The position numbers were made by a program, and so were the translations under genes. The notes beneath the pieces were generated by a model. The model worked only from the letters and a program-made list of their open reading frames with translations. It ran no database searches and had not been told where the DNA came from. Below, piece after piece: positions 63,810 through 64,000 of a DNA stretch of 64,000 bases (position 1 is the stretch's first letter; each line of letters opens with the position of its first letter). Source of the stretch: Dendrobates tinctorius (taxonomy: Eukaryota); contig NW_027361671.1 in the NCBI RefSeq assembly GCF_039654945.1, positions 19,778,001 to 19,842,000 of the forward strand. Reading direction: 5' to 3'.

Positions 63810-64000
63810 GTAATATTTTATGCTGAAACGTTGTTGTAACTTGTAGCTTGGCAGCCCCGAGCCGCTTGTATCTGAGAATTACCAACACGGTTCTCTGTTT
63901 ATTTTCATGAACTGCTTTGGCCAATAACCGCGACTAGACTTCTTCTATAGAAAACAGAGTTGCAGTATTGCATGTAAAAGCCATGACTGTGATTATTGCA

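Overview
This is vertebrate genomic DNA, probably an anuran frog (inferred from the TE families). It carries seven in-frame + strand coding exons of ADGRV1 (GPR98/VLGR1, Calx-beta repeat region), all with GT-AG junctions and matching phases. The introns are packed with nested mobile elements. Retroelements: three full-length chromodomain Ty3/Gypsy LTR retrotransposons (two of one family in opposite orientation), a degenerate full-length L1, a young 5'-truncated CR1, a palindromic Penelope-like remnant and several solo LTRs. DNA elements: Tc1/mariner copies including an intact DD36E (Incomer-type) transposon, piggyBac-like non-autonomous elements with telomere-like arrays, a 4.1-kb hAT foldback element, and many Kolobok/T2- and Harbinger-type MITEs. 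The most notable observations are: (1) Tf1-type self-priming signatures in both Gypsy families, where the PBS pairs with the predicted transcript 5' end; (2) 6-bp TSDs for one Gypsy family; (3) palindromic MITEs carrying a compact 36-nt donor-branchpoint-acceptor cassette; (4) transposon-borne (CCCTAA)n arrays; (5) an inverted Gypsy pair bracketing two exons. All coordinates were read by eye and no database searches were run.
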